64,000 nucleotides of DNA from Gemmatales bacterium. Lineage in GTDB: Bacteria; Planctomycetota; Planctomycetia; Gemmatales; HRBIN36. Positions 40,215 to 50,962 of the stretch are shown piece by piece (position 1 is the first letter of the stretch; the number at the start of each line of letters is the position of its first letter). The notes beneath the pieces are model-generated. The model worked only from the letters and a program-made list of their open reading frames with translations, was not told the DNA's origin and searched no databases. The position numbers and the translations under genes are program-made. The stretch is from assembly GCA_047602475.1 (NCBI GenBank), contig JASGHE010000002.1:1830240-1894239 (forward strand), in the 5' to 3' direction.

Positions 40215-40450
40215 TGTCTGGTTCCCCTCTCCCTCCCAGGGAGAGGGGTTAGGGGTTAGGGGTGAGGGGTTCCTCAATCGAGATCACCCATGCTGTCTGG
40301 TTCCCTCTACCCCGGAGGGAGAGGGTTAGGGTGAGGGGGTCGATGATCGAGCTCATCCCCGTTGGTATTTTTTCTTAGCGACTCACCCTGGTTCTCAACC
40401 GGGTAACATCGATCTAGAACCCCTCACCCCCAGCCCCTCTCCCGAGAGGG
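40215..40450. repeat. Cluster of three Family-C arms (two elements abutting)
   Basis: Arm 40215-40275, arm 40295-40345 and arm 40400-40450 in mixed orientations with core fragments in between. Confidence 0.65.
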
Positions 40451-40686
40451 AGAGGAAAGAAAAACACAATCCTGGTCATCCCATTTCTCCTTAAACACCT
40501 CATCCCCTGTCACAGCTTACCAACTCACGTGTATAGGTCTCTGTCCGGCAAACGTTCATTTCGCGAGCCGTTCATTGACATCACGGCTGGTTGAACTACC
40601 ATTGGGTAGCCTCCATCCGTACAGGCATGCATGATCATGGATGCCTGATCACCATTCCTCAGCCACCTCTGTACGGAGTTCGCCTC

Positions 40687-42471
40687 ATGTTACGACGCAC
40701 CACTCACGGCGCACGCTTCGCCAGGCTCCTGCTCGAATCGCTCGAAGATCGATTGACGCCGTCGTGGTCCAGCGTGCCACCCTCGCTGATAGCTGTTCCC
40801 GCCTCGTCCACTGCCGTGGTGCAGAACAGCCAGGGTGATGCGACCGGCAACGCCAGTGTCGCCGCCACCGAAATCGACTGGTATCGTTTCACCGCCCTCG
40901 CCTCCGGGTCAGCAACCTTCCAGGCCCTCACTCCGAGCAGCAATCTCGATACCGTGGCAGCGCTCTACAGTTCCAGCGGCTCCCGACTTGCCTACAACGA
41001 CGACATCAGCACTTCTAATCGAGACAGTCGCTTCACTGTCAACCTCGCCGCCGGCCAGACCTACTACTTCGGCGTGACCAACTATTCGGGTTCCGGTGCC
41101 GGGTCGTACACCTGGAGTATCGACGGGGCAGGGGCCGCCACCGCGCCCACCGACGACAGCTACGAAAACAACGACACCCTTAGCACTGCCAGCAACCTGG
41201 GTACGCTGGCCGCCACCAGCACCATCAATAACCTGGTGATGGCTGACAGCAACGACTGGTACCGCTTCACTCTCTCCTCCGCCGCCGGCAGCAATGGTTC
41301 CGTCGCCATCAGTTCCACCTCCACCCAGGGCGATCTCGATCTGGAACTTTACAACTCGGCAGGCACCCGTATCAGCGTTTCCGAGGGATCCACCAATAAC
41401 GAATCCCTGTCACTCAGCGGTGTCGCGGCAGGCACCTATTATGTGCATGTGATCGGTTGGCAGAATTTGGTCACTCCCAATTACAGCATGGTGATCACGC
41501 CCGGCAGCGGCGGCACCACTCCGCCGCCTACCACCGGCGGGTTCTCCATTCAGCTTCGCATGACGGGCCTGACTGCCTCGCAACAGGCCATCTTCCAGCA
41601 GGCGGCAGATCGATGGGCACAGATCATCATCGGTGATCTGCCTAATGCCACCTACAACGGTGTAGCGGTGGACGACCTGCTGATTGACGCATCAGCCACC
41701 ACCATTGATGGGGCAGGCGGCATCCTCGGCCAGGCTGGCCCGGATCGCTTCCGCAGCGGCACCTCCATTCCCTATCACGGCTCGATGGAGTTTGATACCG
41801 CCGACCTCGCCAACCTTCAGGCCGGCGGCGGGCTGATCTACACCGTCATGCACGAGATGGGCCACGTCCTGGGCATCGGCACCATCTGGGGTACCCGTGG
41901 CCTGCTCAGCGGGGCCGGCGGTTCCAACCCGATCTTCACCGGCGCCCAGGCGACCGCTCAGTACAACGCCATCTTCGGCACCAATGCCACCGGCGTACCT
42001 GTCGAAAACACCGGCGGCTCCGGCACACGAGACAGCCACTGGCGCGAATCCACCTTCGGCAACGAACTTATGACCGGCTGGCTCAACAACGGCGTCAACC
42101 CGCTGAGCCGAGTCACCGTCGCCTCACTGGCCGATCTCGGCTACCAGGTCGATATCACCAAAGCCGACAGCTACACCCGCCCCGGCGGCAGCCTGCTCGG
42201 TGGCAGTGGAGGCAACGGCGGCGGAGCCTCACTACGATCCGCCCTGATCGCCCAGTCGCAAGGTTCCCTCCTCAACCGCTGGACGGAACTAGTCAATCAA
42301 CTTCTCGCCGTGAGTGTGAATCACTCATCCGCCAGCCCCAGCATCCAGCAACAAACCAAGGTCTCCGACGAAGCCTTCCTGACTACTTCTTACAACAAGC
42401 CCACCCAATCCCCCGCCACTCTTCAAGAGATCAGCAACGCCCTGAAGCTTGATCTTTCGTTGAAGGCGTAG
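40687..42471 (+). CDS. secreted zinc metalloprotease (HExxH) with two N-terminal pre-peptidase C-terminal (PPC)-type beta-sandwich domains
   Basis: N-terminus MLRRTTHGARFARLLLESLEDRLTPS (Gemmata-type secretion N-terminus). Two DWYRFT-containing PPC-like domains. Catalytic VMHEMGHVLGIG. Confidence 0.75.
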   Translation: MLRRTTHGARFARLLLESLEDRLTPSWSSVPPSLIAVPASSTAVVQNSQGDATGNASVAATEIDWYRFTALASGSATFQALTPSSNLDTVAALYSSSGSRLAYNDDISTSNRDSRFTVNLAAGQTYYFGVTNYSGSGAGSYTWSIDGAGAATAPTDDSYENNDTLSTASNLGTLAATSTINNLVMADSNDWYRFTLSSAAGSNGSVAISSTSTQGDLDLELYNSAGTRISVSEGSTNNESLSLSGVAAGTYYVHVIGWQNLVTPNYSMVITPGSGGTTPPPTTGGFSIQLRMTGLTASQQAIFQQAADRWAQIIIGDLPNATYNGVAVDDLLIDASATTIDGAGGILGQAGPDRFRSGTSIPYHGSMEFDTADLANLQAGGGLIYTVMHEMGHVLGIGTIWGTRGLLSGAGGSNPIFTGAQATAQYNAIFGTNATGVPVENTGGSGTRDSHWRESTFGNELMTGWLNNGVNPLSRVTVASLADLGYQVDITKADSYTRPGGSLLGGSGGNGGGASLRSALIAQSQGSLLNRWTELVNQLLAVSVNHSSASPSIQQQTKVSDEAFLTTSYNKPTQSPATLQEISNALKLDLSLKA

Positions 42472-42537
42472 GTGAGTTAGGTTCGCAACGACCATTCTAC
42501 CAACCGACGTGCCAGACAGTTGCCCCTGCATCTCTGA

Positions 42538-42722
42538 TCCCAACGGGATTACCTGTGACAGCCCAGCACTTCAGTGCTGGGTTAACACAAAGCAACGCCC
42601 TCTGGTCCCGAAGGGACTACCTAGGTCGCTTGCAATAGGTAGTCCCTACAGGACCACGGTACTGATAGTCACTCTTACCCAGGACTAAAAGTCCTGGGCT
42701 ATCACAGGTCGTCCTTTCAGGA
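42538..42722. repeat. Family-A repeat, copy 3 (chimeric termini)
   Basis: The left end cccaacgggattacctg resembles copy 2. The right end caggtcgtcctttcagg resembles copy 1. Confidence 0.7.
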
Positions 42723-42887
42723 CGAGGTGGCTACCTCAACTCGCTACTATTGAATCCTATCTCACTCCTGATGCTGTGCCGTCTTCACTTGCAAATGGTG
42801 TCGTCACCATGACAGCCTAAAGCGCCAACGAGGGGGGCTGCGTTTGCACGCGCCGCCTCGCTGGCGCTTCAGGCTGTCATCGCTGGC

Positions 42888-44063
42888 CTACTGCCCTTCC
42901 TTCGGCTTATCCATCCGCACCAGGCTGTATTGCTGGGTGTTTCCTTTGCCGTAGTGAACGAGCATCGTCGTTTCGGGTTTGGTGAGATTGGCGATGCCGG
43001 CTTCGTAGACGGTGCCTTTCTGATCGCCCACCGTCCAGGCGGCTCGTTCCGACTTGGTGCCCACGCAGCCATACACCGTTTGCGTGTTGTCGCTCGTGGT
43101 GTTGTAGTAGGTTCCACGGATCACGCCATCTTTGTTGATCGCCAGTTGGAAGATATCGGTGGCGTTCTGCTGTTGATCGTTCTTGATGATGCCGAACACG
43201 CCGAGAGACATCCAGTTGCCGTCCTTGGTGACGTTGGCTGTTCGCCCAGCCTCGGCGATGGCAGCCGCCTGCTGAGCGTAGGCATCTTGCGTTCCGACGT
43301 TGTCGCCGTTGATGTAGACATCGCTGCCTTGATAGACGACCGAGGTGCCATAGTCGTAGTAGGCCAGAGTATCAGGGAAGGAGGTATAAGCAGAGAGAGC
43401 CGCCCATGTGGGATAATTCCAAGCTGCTCCAGCGCCCCAACCCGTGGCGTACCAGGCGTTGGGATAGCGGCCATACCAGTTGGGACCAAAGGCACCGTAG
43501 TAGCCGAAGCCGTTGCGCACGGCACCCGCTTGTGCGTAAAAGGCCGTCGATGGTTGGTGATAGGTACCCAGGCCGGCGTAGCCGACGCCCACTCCCGGCG
43601 CACCATAACGTCCATAAGCTCCACCGGCTGCACCTCCACCGTAGCCGGTACGGAAGCCATCGCCATAACCGGTGCCCAGCGGTCGTTGTTCTTCCCCGCC
43701 GCGTCCATTGCCATAACCGGTGCGGAGTCCATCGCCCTCGCCGGTGCGTGCCGTGCCGCCGAAGCCGGTGCCGAGCCGTGGCTGTTCGCCGCCGAAGCCG
43801 CCGAACCCACCGCCGTAGCCAGTGCGGAAGCCGTCGCCATATCCAGTGGCCCGGTCACCGCCGTAACCGGTGCGGGCCATTCCGCCATAGCCCGTGCCGA
43901 GTCTTGCTTGCTCGCCACCATAGCCGCCGCTGAAACCGCCCCGGTAGCCGCCCCCAAAGTCGCCCCGGAATCCGCCGCCGCCTCGGCCACGTTGAGCGAG
44001 GAGATCAGGGGTATACACAAAAGAGAGAGCTGCTACTGCCAGTGTCATCAGAGTTCGTTTCAT
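42888..44063 (-). CDS. secreted Gly/Tyr/Arg-rich repeat protein with a C-terminal globular domain
   Basis: Signal peptide. Three approximately 35-aa repeats of GGEQ(A/P)RLGTG(Y/F)GG.ARTG.G...(F/L)RTGYG. The C-terminal 150 aa are non-repetitive. The opposite-strand 1030-aa ORF is antisense. Confidence 0.6.
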   Translation of the reverse strand: MKRTLMTLAVAALSFVYTPDLLAQRGRGGGGFRGDFGGGYRGGFSGGYGGEQARLGTGYGGMARTGYGGDRATGYGDGFRTGYGGGFGGFGGEQPRLGTGFGGTARTGEGDGLRTGYGNGRGGEEQRPLGTGYGDGFRTGYGGGAAGGAYGRYGAPGVGVGYAGLGTYHQPSTAFYAQAGAVRNGFGYYGAFGPNWYGRYPNAWYATGWGAGAAWNYPTWAALSAYTSFPDTLAYYDYGTSVVYQGSDVYINGDNVGTQDAYAQQAAAIAEAGRTANVTKDGNWMSLGVFGIIKNDQQQNATDIFQLAINKDGVIRGTYYNTTSDNTQTVYGCVGTKSERAAWTVGDQKGTVYEAGIANLTKPETTMLVHYGKGNTQQYSLVRMDKPKEGQ

Positions 44064-44120
44064 GATCAGTACCTTCCGTTATGCTGTGTTGTTCGTTGGA
44101 GAATGATTCAAGGGAGGTGG

Positions 44121-45077
44121 TTAGCGACTGGCTTTCACACGAGTCACCTTGATGGGTGGCAGATCGGAGACCAGATCATTGCCAAACCGAAGATTGACCG
44201 GCTGCCAGGTGATCGTGTCGTTGTTCACACGGTGCAAAAGGTTCTTGGCTCCCAGAGCGCCGCCATCGGCGAGCACACCCCTGGTCTCGAAGGCCCAGGT
44301 ATCGCCGTCTCGAGTGCAGTGGCCCTGTGCGAAGCCGCCATCCGATTCAAAGATCCAGATGTGCAGTTCGCCGGAAGTGGGATCGAGGCCGATGATCTGC
44401 ATGGCCGAGACGGTGCGATCTTTCTGGCGCATGGTGATGTTGCCTCGGATGAAGGCCTTGTGCCCGATCCATTCATAGGTCGTTTGCATCTCGGCGTCTT
44501 TGCTCTTGGCCTGCCAACTGCCGATGAGCCAATCCAGGTCACGGAGCGCATCAGACTCTTGTGCCCATTCACGGATGCTGGAGATGTTCCACTTGCCGTC
44601 TTCCTTGACGAACTGCAGGCTGTAGCGCTGCGAGATCGGGGCCTGAGCTCGGATCGTGGTTTTCATCACGCCATCTTCGGTAGCGGTGACGCTGGAAGTG
44701 AACCGCAGCGCCGCCTGTTCGAGGGCAATCTTGTGTCCGGGGCTTTTGGTGAAGCTGGCGGTGATGGCGTCCTGCAGAGCCTTGCGGCCACGGATGGGCG
44801 GGGCATCGTCTGGAACCAACTCAGCTCCTTCGGTCAGGAAAGTTGCTGCCTTGGAGCTGTCCCCCTTCTCAAAGGCTTCGACGAAACTCTTGACCGTGGC
44901 ACGAATCGCATCACGATCTGCCTGTCGGTCGGACGCATCCTGCGGAGCCGTCGGCTTTTCGCCGGCGCTCAGCAAACCATAGCCCAGTATGGTGAGTATC
45001 ACGGTGAGGATCATCCACTGCCTTCTACTGCTCATGTTCATCTCCAGAACGGGCTTCCTGGTCGAGGCCCTCTTCAA
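44121..45077 (-). CDS. NTF2-like / SnoaL-like (DUF4440-type) tandem-domain protein with N-terminal signal anchor
   Basis: Two consecutive about 120-aa NTF2-like cores (AIRATVKSFVEAFEKGD... and DWLIGSWQAKSKD...). Confidence 0.55.
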   Translation of the reverse strand: MKRASTRKPVLEMNMSSRRQWMILTVILTILGYGLLSAGEKPTAPQDASDRQADRDAIRATVKSFVEAFEKGDSSKAATFLTEGAELVPDDAPPIRGRKALQDAITASFTKSPGHKIALEQAALRFTSSVTATEDGVMKTTIRAQAPISQRYSLQFVKEDGKWNISSIREWAQESDALRDLDWLIGSWQAKSKDAEMQTTYEWIGHKAFIRGNITMRQKDRTVSAMQIIGLDPTSGELHIWIFESDGGFAQGHCTRDGDTWAFETRGVLADGGALGAKNLLHRVNNDTITWQPVNLRFGNDLVSDLPPIKVTRVKASR

Positions 45078-45227
45078 AATAGGTCAGACAATAATTTAGA
45101 CGGTGAAATAGTCACTGTAAACGAGAAAGAGTGCAGAAAACCTGCAATAGTAGCTGAAGTGGCGAGACTTCAGTGCGGAGAGTTTATCCATGTCACCGAA
45201 TCTGAAGTCTCACGACTTCAGCTACGA

Positions 45228-47304
45228 TCAAGAAGTAACTGTCCCCACCCGTTGCCAGAAGTTGCGCAGGATGGCTTCGCTGCTGCTGGGGGTATTCACT
45301 TTGGCGTAGGTGACGACCGAATAGAGATCAGCCAGCTTGCGGATGTCCTGGTGAGCGTGCTTGAACGATTCGCCGAGCCGCTGCGCGAACTCGGTGGCGG
45401 TTTCCTGAGGCTGACGGCCGAGCTTCTGTTCATAAGCCCACGAATGCAGGGCAGCGAAGCTGTACCGAATCATCTCGTCCATCGACCGGAAGTTGTTCGG
45501 ATGGTTGAGCGGGTTGCTGAACCAGGCGAAGGGCTTGGGAGGCAAGTTCGATTCGGGATCGGGAATCTCGTCGGCTTGCAGTTCATCCTGCTTCTTGGGC
45601 AACAGGTTCTGCCACCAGGCGACGATGTCCCGCCAGATTTGCTTGAGCGCTTCCCAGAGTTGCCTGCCCCATTTCCAGAGAGCGAAGAGAACGCCGACGA
45701 GCACCAGGCCGTACATGATCCACTTCAGCCAATCGAACGACGAGGGAGTTGGCGGCGTGGTCGATTGTTGAGGCGGCGGAGGCGGGGGTGGATTGCCATC
45801 ACCGTTACGTTCCTGTTGTTGCTGGTTGGCCTGGCGTTGTTCTTCGTTGCCTTGCTTATCTTTCTCGGGATCGTTGCCGCCCTCCTTGCCTTGACCTTTG
45901 TCGTTCTCGTTCTTCTCGTTGCCTTCGCCCGATTGGTCTTTGCCGTTCTCGCCATCCTTGCCCGGTTCCTTGCCGGAGCCTTTTCTGGTTGTCGCCCTGT
46001 TTGCCCTGTCCTTTGCTGTTAGTCTTTTGATTGCCTCCGTTACCCTGGCCTTGCTTGCCATCCTTACTGCCTTCCCCTTGCTGATTATCGGAACTGTTCT
46101 TGCCGTTATTAGACTTCGACGAACCCTGGCTGCCTTGTTTGCCCTGTGCTTGCTTACCTTGTCCCTGCTTGCCTTGTCCGGAACTTTCGTTCTTGCCTTG
46201 TCCCTCACCCTGGCTGCCATCTTTCTGCCTACTCTGTCCCGGTTGACCGCTCTTATCCGGTGTGCCCTGGGCCTGATTGCCTTGCTGGTTCTGTTGCCTG
46301 CCGGGCTGGTTCTTTCCCTGCTGGTTGCCTTGTCCCTTGAAGTGATCGGGTTCATTCTTGTTCTTTGGCCCAGTGCCGGGATCGTCACTCTTGCCGCTAC
46401 TGCCTTCAAAGAAATGAGTCTTGTTGGCGTCACGCTCTTTGGAAGTTGCCCAGCCGAGCAGTTGCGAGACGTGATATTCGGCTTCCGGTCTTGGCAGCAG
46501 TACCGCACTCAAGACCATCAAGGCCAGAATCATGGCCGTGCCCAGCCCGAGCCAGAGGGCGGTCATCGAGGCGGGCATCTGCAACCGCCTGCCACGAAGA
46601 TAGCGCCGAAGACCAAGGAAGCTGGTGGTAAGCAACATCCCCAGACCGCAGCCGACGTAAATGGTGAGCATCCAGAAGGCATAACGCCTGCCTTCGATGT
46701 TGCTGGCAGGGATCATTGCCTGGCCGACGCCAAAGAGGGGCAGGGCGGCCAGCGAGAAGTAGACCACCATCAAGCCCGGCTTCTTCTTCCGCTGCTCTTC
46801 TTTGCGGTCAGCCTGATAACGATCAAACCAGTCAGCCGACTTGGTCTTTCGAGTCGCTCCATCCTGAGGTTCAGATGCCTGGGTATCGAGCAATCCGCCG
46901 CCATCATCTTCCTCCTCATCGTCCCAGGTCGAATCCTGGGTGAGTTTGTGAGCGCTCCACCAGATGATGGACATCAGGCTGAAAGGGATAAGCCAGCCAA
47001 ACCCGCCGAGCGCGTTTTTAGGAATGTCAACGAATCGGACCATGGCCATGCCGGCGGCGATAGCCAGGGCAATGCCATAGAGGCCGGCCCGTTCGGAGAT
47101 GTCACCCCGCATGGAGATGCGGGCGATGAGCACGGTGCCAACAATGAAGAAGAACAGAATCCACTTCATCTGCCCCATGTAGGCCCCAGAGTAGGCCAGT
47201 TCGAGGAGGAAGAAGCAGAGCGAAACGAGCAAGCCGATGAGCAGGCCCGGCATGACGCCGCCTACGACATAGTCCGCCAGGGTTTTATCGAGACGCTTGG
47301 CCAT
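45228..47304 (-). pseudogene. membrane protein with N-terminal multi-TM domain, about 150-aa Gly/Gln/Lys/Asn-rich low-complexity spacer, and C-terminal TM plus conserved domain. Frameshift inside the low-complexity spacer (about 46015)
   Basis: ORF 45856..47304 has TM helices then GQGNQQGKNQPG.... ORF 45228..46508 continues GSGKEPGKDGENGKDQ... PPPPPPPQQ then TM (IMYGLVLVGVLFALW) and a C-terminal domain. Confidence 0.5.
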
Positions 47305-47352
47305 GAGTCTATTGTGATCTATTCAAACGCAGAAAGCCAGTGTGATACACTA

Positions 47353-48870
47353 TCAACTGTCAAGAACAGCAGGCAGTCGCCCCGCCCGTACATTGTCGTA
47401 ACACGCCAGCATGCAGAACCGGCGTATCGAAGCGGGGAATCCAACAGCGGTAAAATGGGGATGTCCCGTCGCCGGGTACGGGCCGCCGTGGTTCATCGCC
47501 GGGCTGACCATGACACCCGTTGGCATCTTGTCATTGAGCAGCCTGCCAACTTTGTTGCGAAGAATCGGTTCGAGTTCACCGTAGACCTTATCTTCGTTGC
47601 CGGCGGTGTGGCTGTAGATGCTGCCGACGAGTTGGCCTTCGAGCTTCTTAAGGGCTGACTTCATTTCAGCGATGTCTTTACAGACGATGGCGAGGGTAGC
47701 GTTGCCGAACGCTTCCCGTTGCAGGCCGAGAGGGTTGGTGAGGAACTGACTGCCCGTGCTGCGCAGCAGCGTGTGTTGATGACTGAACCCGGTGCCACCA
47801 CCGCTTTGGCCGCCTATCAGTAACTCGGCACCAGCCTTTCGGAGAGCTTCAATGCTGGCGTTCAGGTTGTCTCGAACTCCCTGAGTCAGCAGCGTTCCCA
47901 CCGGTGCAGCACGATACTTCTCCACCATGCCGTTGATGAAGGCATCGGTGCCTGGCCCGGCGAGGAAGAACAAAAGGCCGGGGTTGGTGCAGAACTGCCC
48001 CATGCCCAACAGGCACGAACCTGCGACTTCATCCAGCAGCGATTGGGGACGTTCTTCGATGGCGCCAGGCAGCAGGATCACCGGATTGAGCGACCCCATT
48101 TCGAGGAAGATCGGTTTGCCATGTTCATCAGCGACCTTCTTAAGGAAGAGACCGGCAGTTCGAGAACCCGTGAACCCGATGGAGGTAATCCTTGGATCAG
48201 CAACGAGTCTGAGACCATCTTCTGGCGTCAGGTGATAGACCATCTGAATCGTGCCATCCGGAAGTCCCACTTCGGCAGCAGCGATGTGAGCCAGTTCAGC
48301 CAGCAGTTGCGTCGTCTTCGGATGAGCCGGGTGCCCCTTGGCAATCACCGGGCAGCCGGCAGCGATGGCCGAAGCAAAGTCGCCACCTGCGACGCTGTTG
48401 TATGCAAAGGGAAAGTTGTTCGGGCCAATCGTTAGCACCGGGCCGAGGGGGATGTAGCACGAACGAATGTTGCGCGGTGCATCCACGGTCGGCAGCGCCC
48501 AGTTGTGTTGTCGCAAAGCGCCCGCTGCCTGACGAAGCTGATCGACAGTGCGGGGTAACTCAGTGCTGTTCAGCCGGGGTTCAACAGGCAGCCCGGTTTC
48601 TAGGGTGGCTATCTCCACCAGTTCCTTTCGAGCCGCTTCAATACGAGTGGCATACTTCTCGAGGAAATCCCCCCGAACGCTATCGGGCAATTGGCGAAGT
48701 TGATCGAACGCTTTCTCAGCCGATGCCAGTGCTGTTTCCAGGTCTGCCCATGGACTGACCGGAAACAACGTTGGCAACGGCTCCATCGTCTTGGGGTTGA
48801 TGCCCTGAAACGAGGTGGCGCCCCGGGAAGCTTGCCAGGCGCCGGCGACGAGAATGGGTGCGAGGGGCAT
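47353..48870 (-). CDS. NAD(P)-dependent aldehyde dehydrogenase (2,5-dioxovalerate / semialdehyde dehydrogenase-like)
   Basis: ALDH superfamily pattern including FTGSRTAGLFL and LEMGSLNPVILLPGA (catalytic region). Confidence 0.8.
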   Translation of the reverse strand: MPLAPILVAGAWQASRGATSFQGINPKTMEPLPTLFPVSPWADLETALASAEKAFDQLRQLPDSVRGDFLEKYATRIEAARKELVEIATLETGLPVEPRLNSTELPRTVDQLRQAAGALRQHNWALPTVDAPRNIRSCYIPLGPVLTIGPNNFPFAYNSVAGGDFASAIAAGCPVIAKGHPAHPKTTQLLAELAHIAAAEVGLPDGTIQMVYHLTPEDGLRLVADPRITSIGFTGSRTAGLFLKKVADEHGKPIFLEMGSLNPVILLPGAIEERPQSLLDEVAGSCLLGMGQFCTNPGLLFFLAGPGTDAFINGMVEKYRAAPVGTLLTQGVRDNLNASIEALRKAGAELLIGGQSGGGTGFSHQHTLLRSTGSQFLTNPLGLQREAFGNATLAIVCKDIAEMKSALKKLEGQLVGSIYSHTAGNEDKVYGELEPILRNKVGRLLNDKMPTGVMVSPAMNHGGPYPATGHPHFTAVGFPASIRRFCMLACYDNVRAGRLPAVLDS

Positions 48871-49000
48871 GGTGATTACTCAGTGATGAATCGCAATCGA
48901 GCTGTGGATGTGATCTATTCTATGGATGGAGCAAGAGGCCAAAAACAACAACCGCCCAATCTATGATAGACTGGGCGGTTGGTTATTGATGCTGAAGATA

Positions 49001-50962
49001 CTACTTCACAATCTTCTTCAGCTCCTCGTCGAGCGTCGCTACATCCAGCGTCCGGCTGGTGATCTTACCGCTGGCATCCTGAAGGAACATGGCAGGGAAG
49101 ATACCGAGCCCATAGTGGATGGCTGCGGGGCTTTCGAAGCTGCCGGGGCTGTGCAGGTGCAACGCTGGGGGCAACTCCGCAGCATTCTTCTGGAAGAAGG
49201 CCTGCACATCGGCGAGTTTGTCGTCAATGTTGACAGCCACCAGAACAACGCCTTTAGCTGTAAGCGGAGTCAAGATCTGCTTGATCTTGGCAAAATCAGC
49301 GGCAGCGGTATTGCACCAGGTGGCCCAATAATAGATCACCACCGTCCGTCCTTGCAGTGTCGCAGGATTGAAAGCGGGGCCGTTGAGGACTTGAGCATTG
49401 ACACCGATTGTCCAAGTCTGGCCCAGCGAAGTCAAACGGCGGACGGCACCGGTGGACTTCTGAGCAAACTTGGAATCGGCATACTTGGCGACAACCGTTT
49501 CATACCACTTGCGGGCATCAGCTTCCTTGTTGAGCATCTCGTAGATTTCGCCGATGCGGTGCATCGCTTCGGGAGTATCGGAGCCCGTTGGGTAAGCGCC
49601 GACAAACGCAGTCAGCTTGCCGGCGAAGGCTTCCTGGGCTTTGAGGTGATCTTCAGCCTTCTTGATGCTGCCCATCACAGTGTTGTTCTCGATGTTCAAT
49701 ACACGGTACTGTGCATAGCTGGCGATCTCGCTGCCCGGGGCCTGCTTGGCTACCTGATTGGCGTAGTTCTGGAACATGGCGAAGTTGGAATTGTCGTTGG
49801 CGGCGCTGGCTGCGACCGTAGCGGCCAAGCTATCGATTACTTGTTTGTACCAGGTCTCCCGATCCTTTTCCGGGCTGACGGCAACGATGCGTGTGATCAC
49901 TTCCGCGCGGCTCTTGTGATAGGCGACCATCGCAGCGCTGGGGCCGTTGCCTGCGTCCTGCGGGGCCTTGGCATCGAGATCAGCCAGTTCCTTGAGGGCC
50001 TTTTGCAGGGGACCATCTTCAACTGCTGGGGCAGCTTGTGGTGTATTGCCCGCCATGAAGCTGTTCGTTACAGGAGTATCCAGCGTGGTGGGGGCATCCT
50101 TGAGCTTCCAGGTATCGCCTACCTGAATGATGTCGCCCAACTGGATGTACTCGGTCTTGGTATTGGTTTCGCACAGCACCATGGCACGAGCATGGATCAC
50201 GACATCCTGCTTCCAGCCGGTGCTTTCAGCGCTCAGTCGGCTGGGGGTGCCAGTTTCGACGTGAAGCCACTTGGTGGTGTCGTTCAGGTTCAGCTTGGCT
50301 GCTGCCTGGGCGAACTGGCCGGAGACATTCTTCAGCCCGGTCTTGATCCGTTCGACTTCGGTGGCAGCGACGCCGATGGTGCGAAGATCATCATCGTTGA
50401 CGAGCAGCGCTGCATAGCGATTGAAATCCTTGGTGGCGACGGCTTTCATGGCTTCCTGAGTCATCTCTTCGAGGGAGATAGCGACCCAGCTATCGATCAC
50501 GCCGTTGCCTGCTTTGGAAACGCCGATCTTGGAGCCGCCAGTGTTGAGCCACTGGAAACGGTCGGGCTTATTGACAAACTTGGTGTCTACTTCACGGTAG
50601 ACCTCCATGCCATCCTTGTAATAGCTGAAAACATCGGGGAACTTGTCGCCATTGGTATCGACGAAGCGACGGAGGATGGTACCCTTGGCATCCTTGAGGA
50701 CCCACACGCTCTGGCCGGGTTTGGCATTGGGGTCGCCGGCAACGGTACAGGTCGCAGCTTCCGCATCGGTCGGCATCGCTACCACGACGCCCTTTTGACT
50801 GGGCTGAAAGCGAAGGATCTGGGCCACTTCTGCGGGAGGAGCTGCCTGTGTCGCTGCCAACCCGACGATACTGATTACAGCGGAACACAACACGATATTT
50901 CGTACCCAACGCATCATCCCCATGGGTGTATCTCCCTGCAACCTGGCCTCGGAACAGCGCAT
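49001..50962 (-). CDS. secreted thioredoxin-fold (TlpA/redoxin-like) domain protein with large N-terminal domain
   Basis: Signal peptide. C-terminal VVIYYWATWCNTAAADFAKI is a redoxin motif with a degenerate second Cys. The opposite-strand 718-aa ORF is antisense. Confidence 0.6.
   Translation of the reverse strand: MRCSEARLQGDTPMGMMRWVRNIVLCSAVISIVGLAATQAAPPAEVAQILRFQPSQKGVVVAMPTDAEAATCTVAGDPNAKPGQSVWVLKDAKGTILRRFVDTNGDKFPDVFSYYKDGMEVYREVDTKFVNKPDRFQWLNTGGSKIGVSKAGNGVIDSWVAISLEEMTQEAMKAVATKDFNRYAALLVNDDDLRTIGVAATEVERIKTGLKNVSGQFAQAAAKLNLNDTTKWLHVETGTPSRLSAESTGWKQDVVIHARAMVLCETNTKTEYIQLGDIIQVGDTWKLKDAPTTLDTPVTNSFMAGNTPQAAPAVEDGPLQKALKELADLDAKAPQDAGNGPSAAMVAYHKSRAEVITRIVAVSPEKDRETWYKQVIDSLAATVAASAANDNSNFAMFQNYANQVAKQAPGSEIASYAQYRVLNIENNTVMGSIKKAEDHLKAQEAFAGKLTAFVGAYPTGSDTPEAMHRIGEIYEMLNKEADARKWYETVVAKYADSKFAQKSTGAVRRLTSLGQTWTIGVNAQVLNGPAFNPATLQGRTVVIYYWATWCNTAAADFAKIKQILTPLTAKGVVLVAVNIDDKLADVQAFFQKNAAELPPALHLHSPGSFESPAAIHYGLGIFPAMFLQDASGKITSRTLDVATLDEELKKIVK

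Noticed and set aside
40215-40450. Possible CRISPR array (several similar short repeats close together)
   Set aside because: The units are Family-C arms in mixed inverted orientations with irregular spacing and are themselves palindromic halves of MITEs. There are no regularly spaced direct repeats with unique spacers and no cas genes in the window.
42930-46022. 1030-aa ORF on the plus strand
   Set aside because: It is antisense to three well-supported minus-strand genes (Gly-rich protein, NTF2-like protein, low-complexity membrane protein). Its composition is Arg/Ala/Gly-rich wrong-frame-like with no domain, typical of high-GC antisense ORFs.
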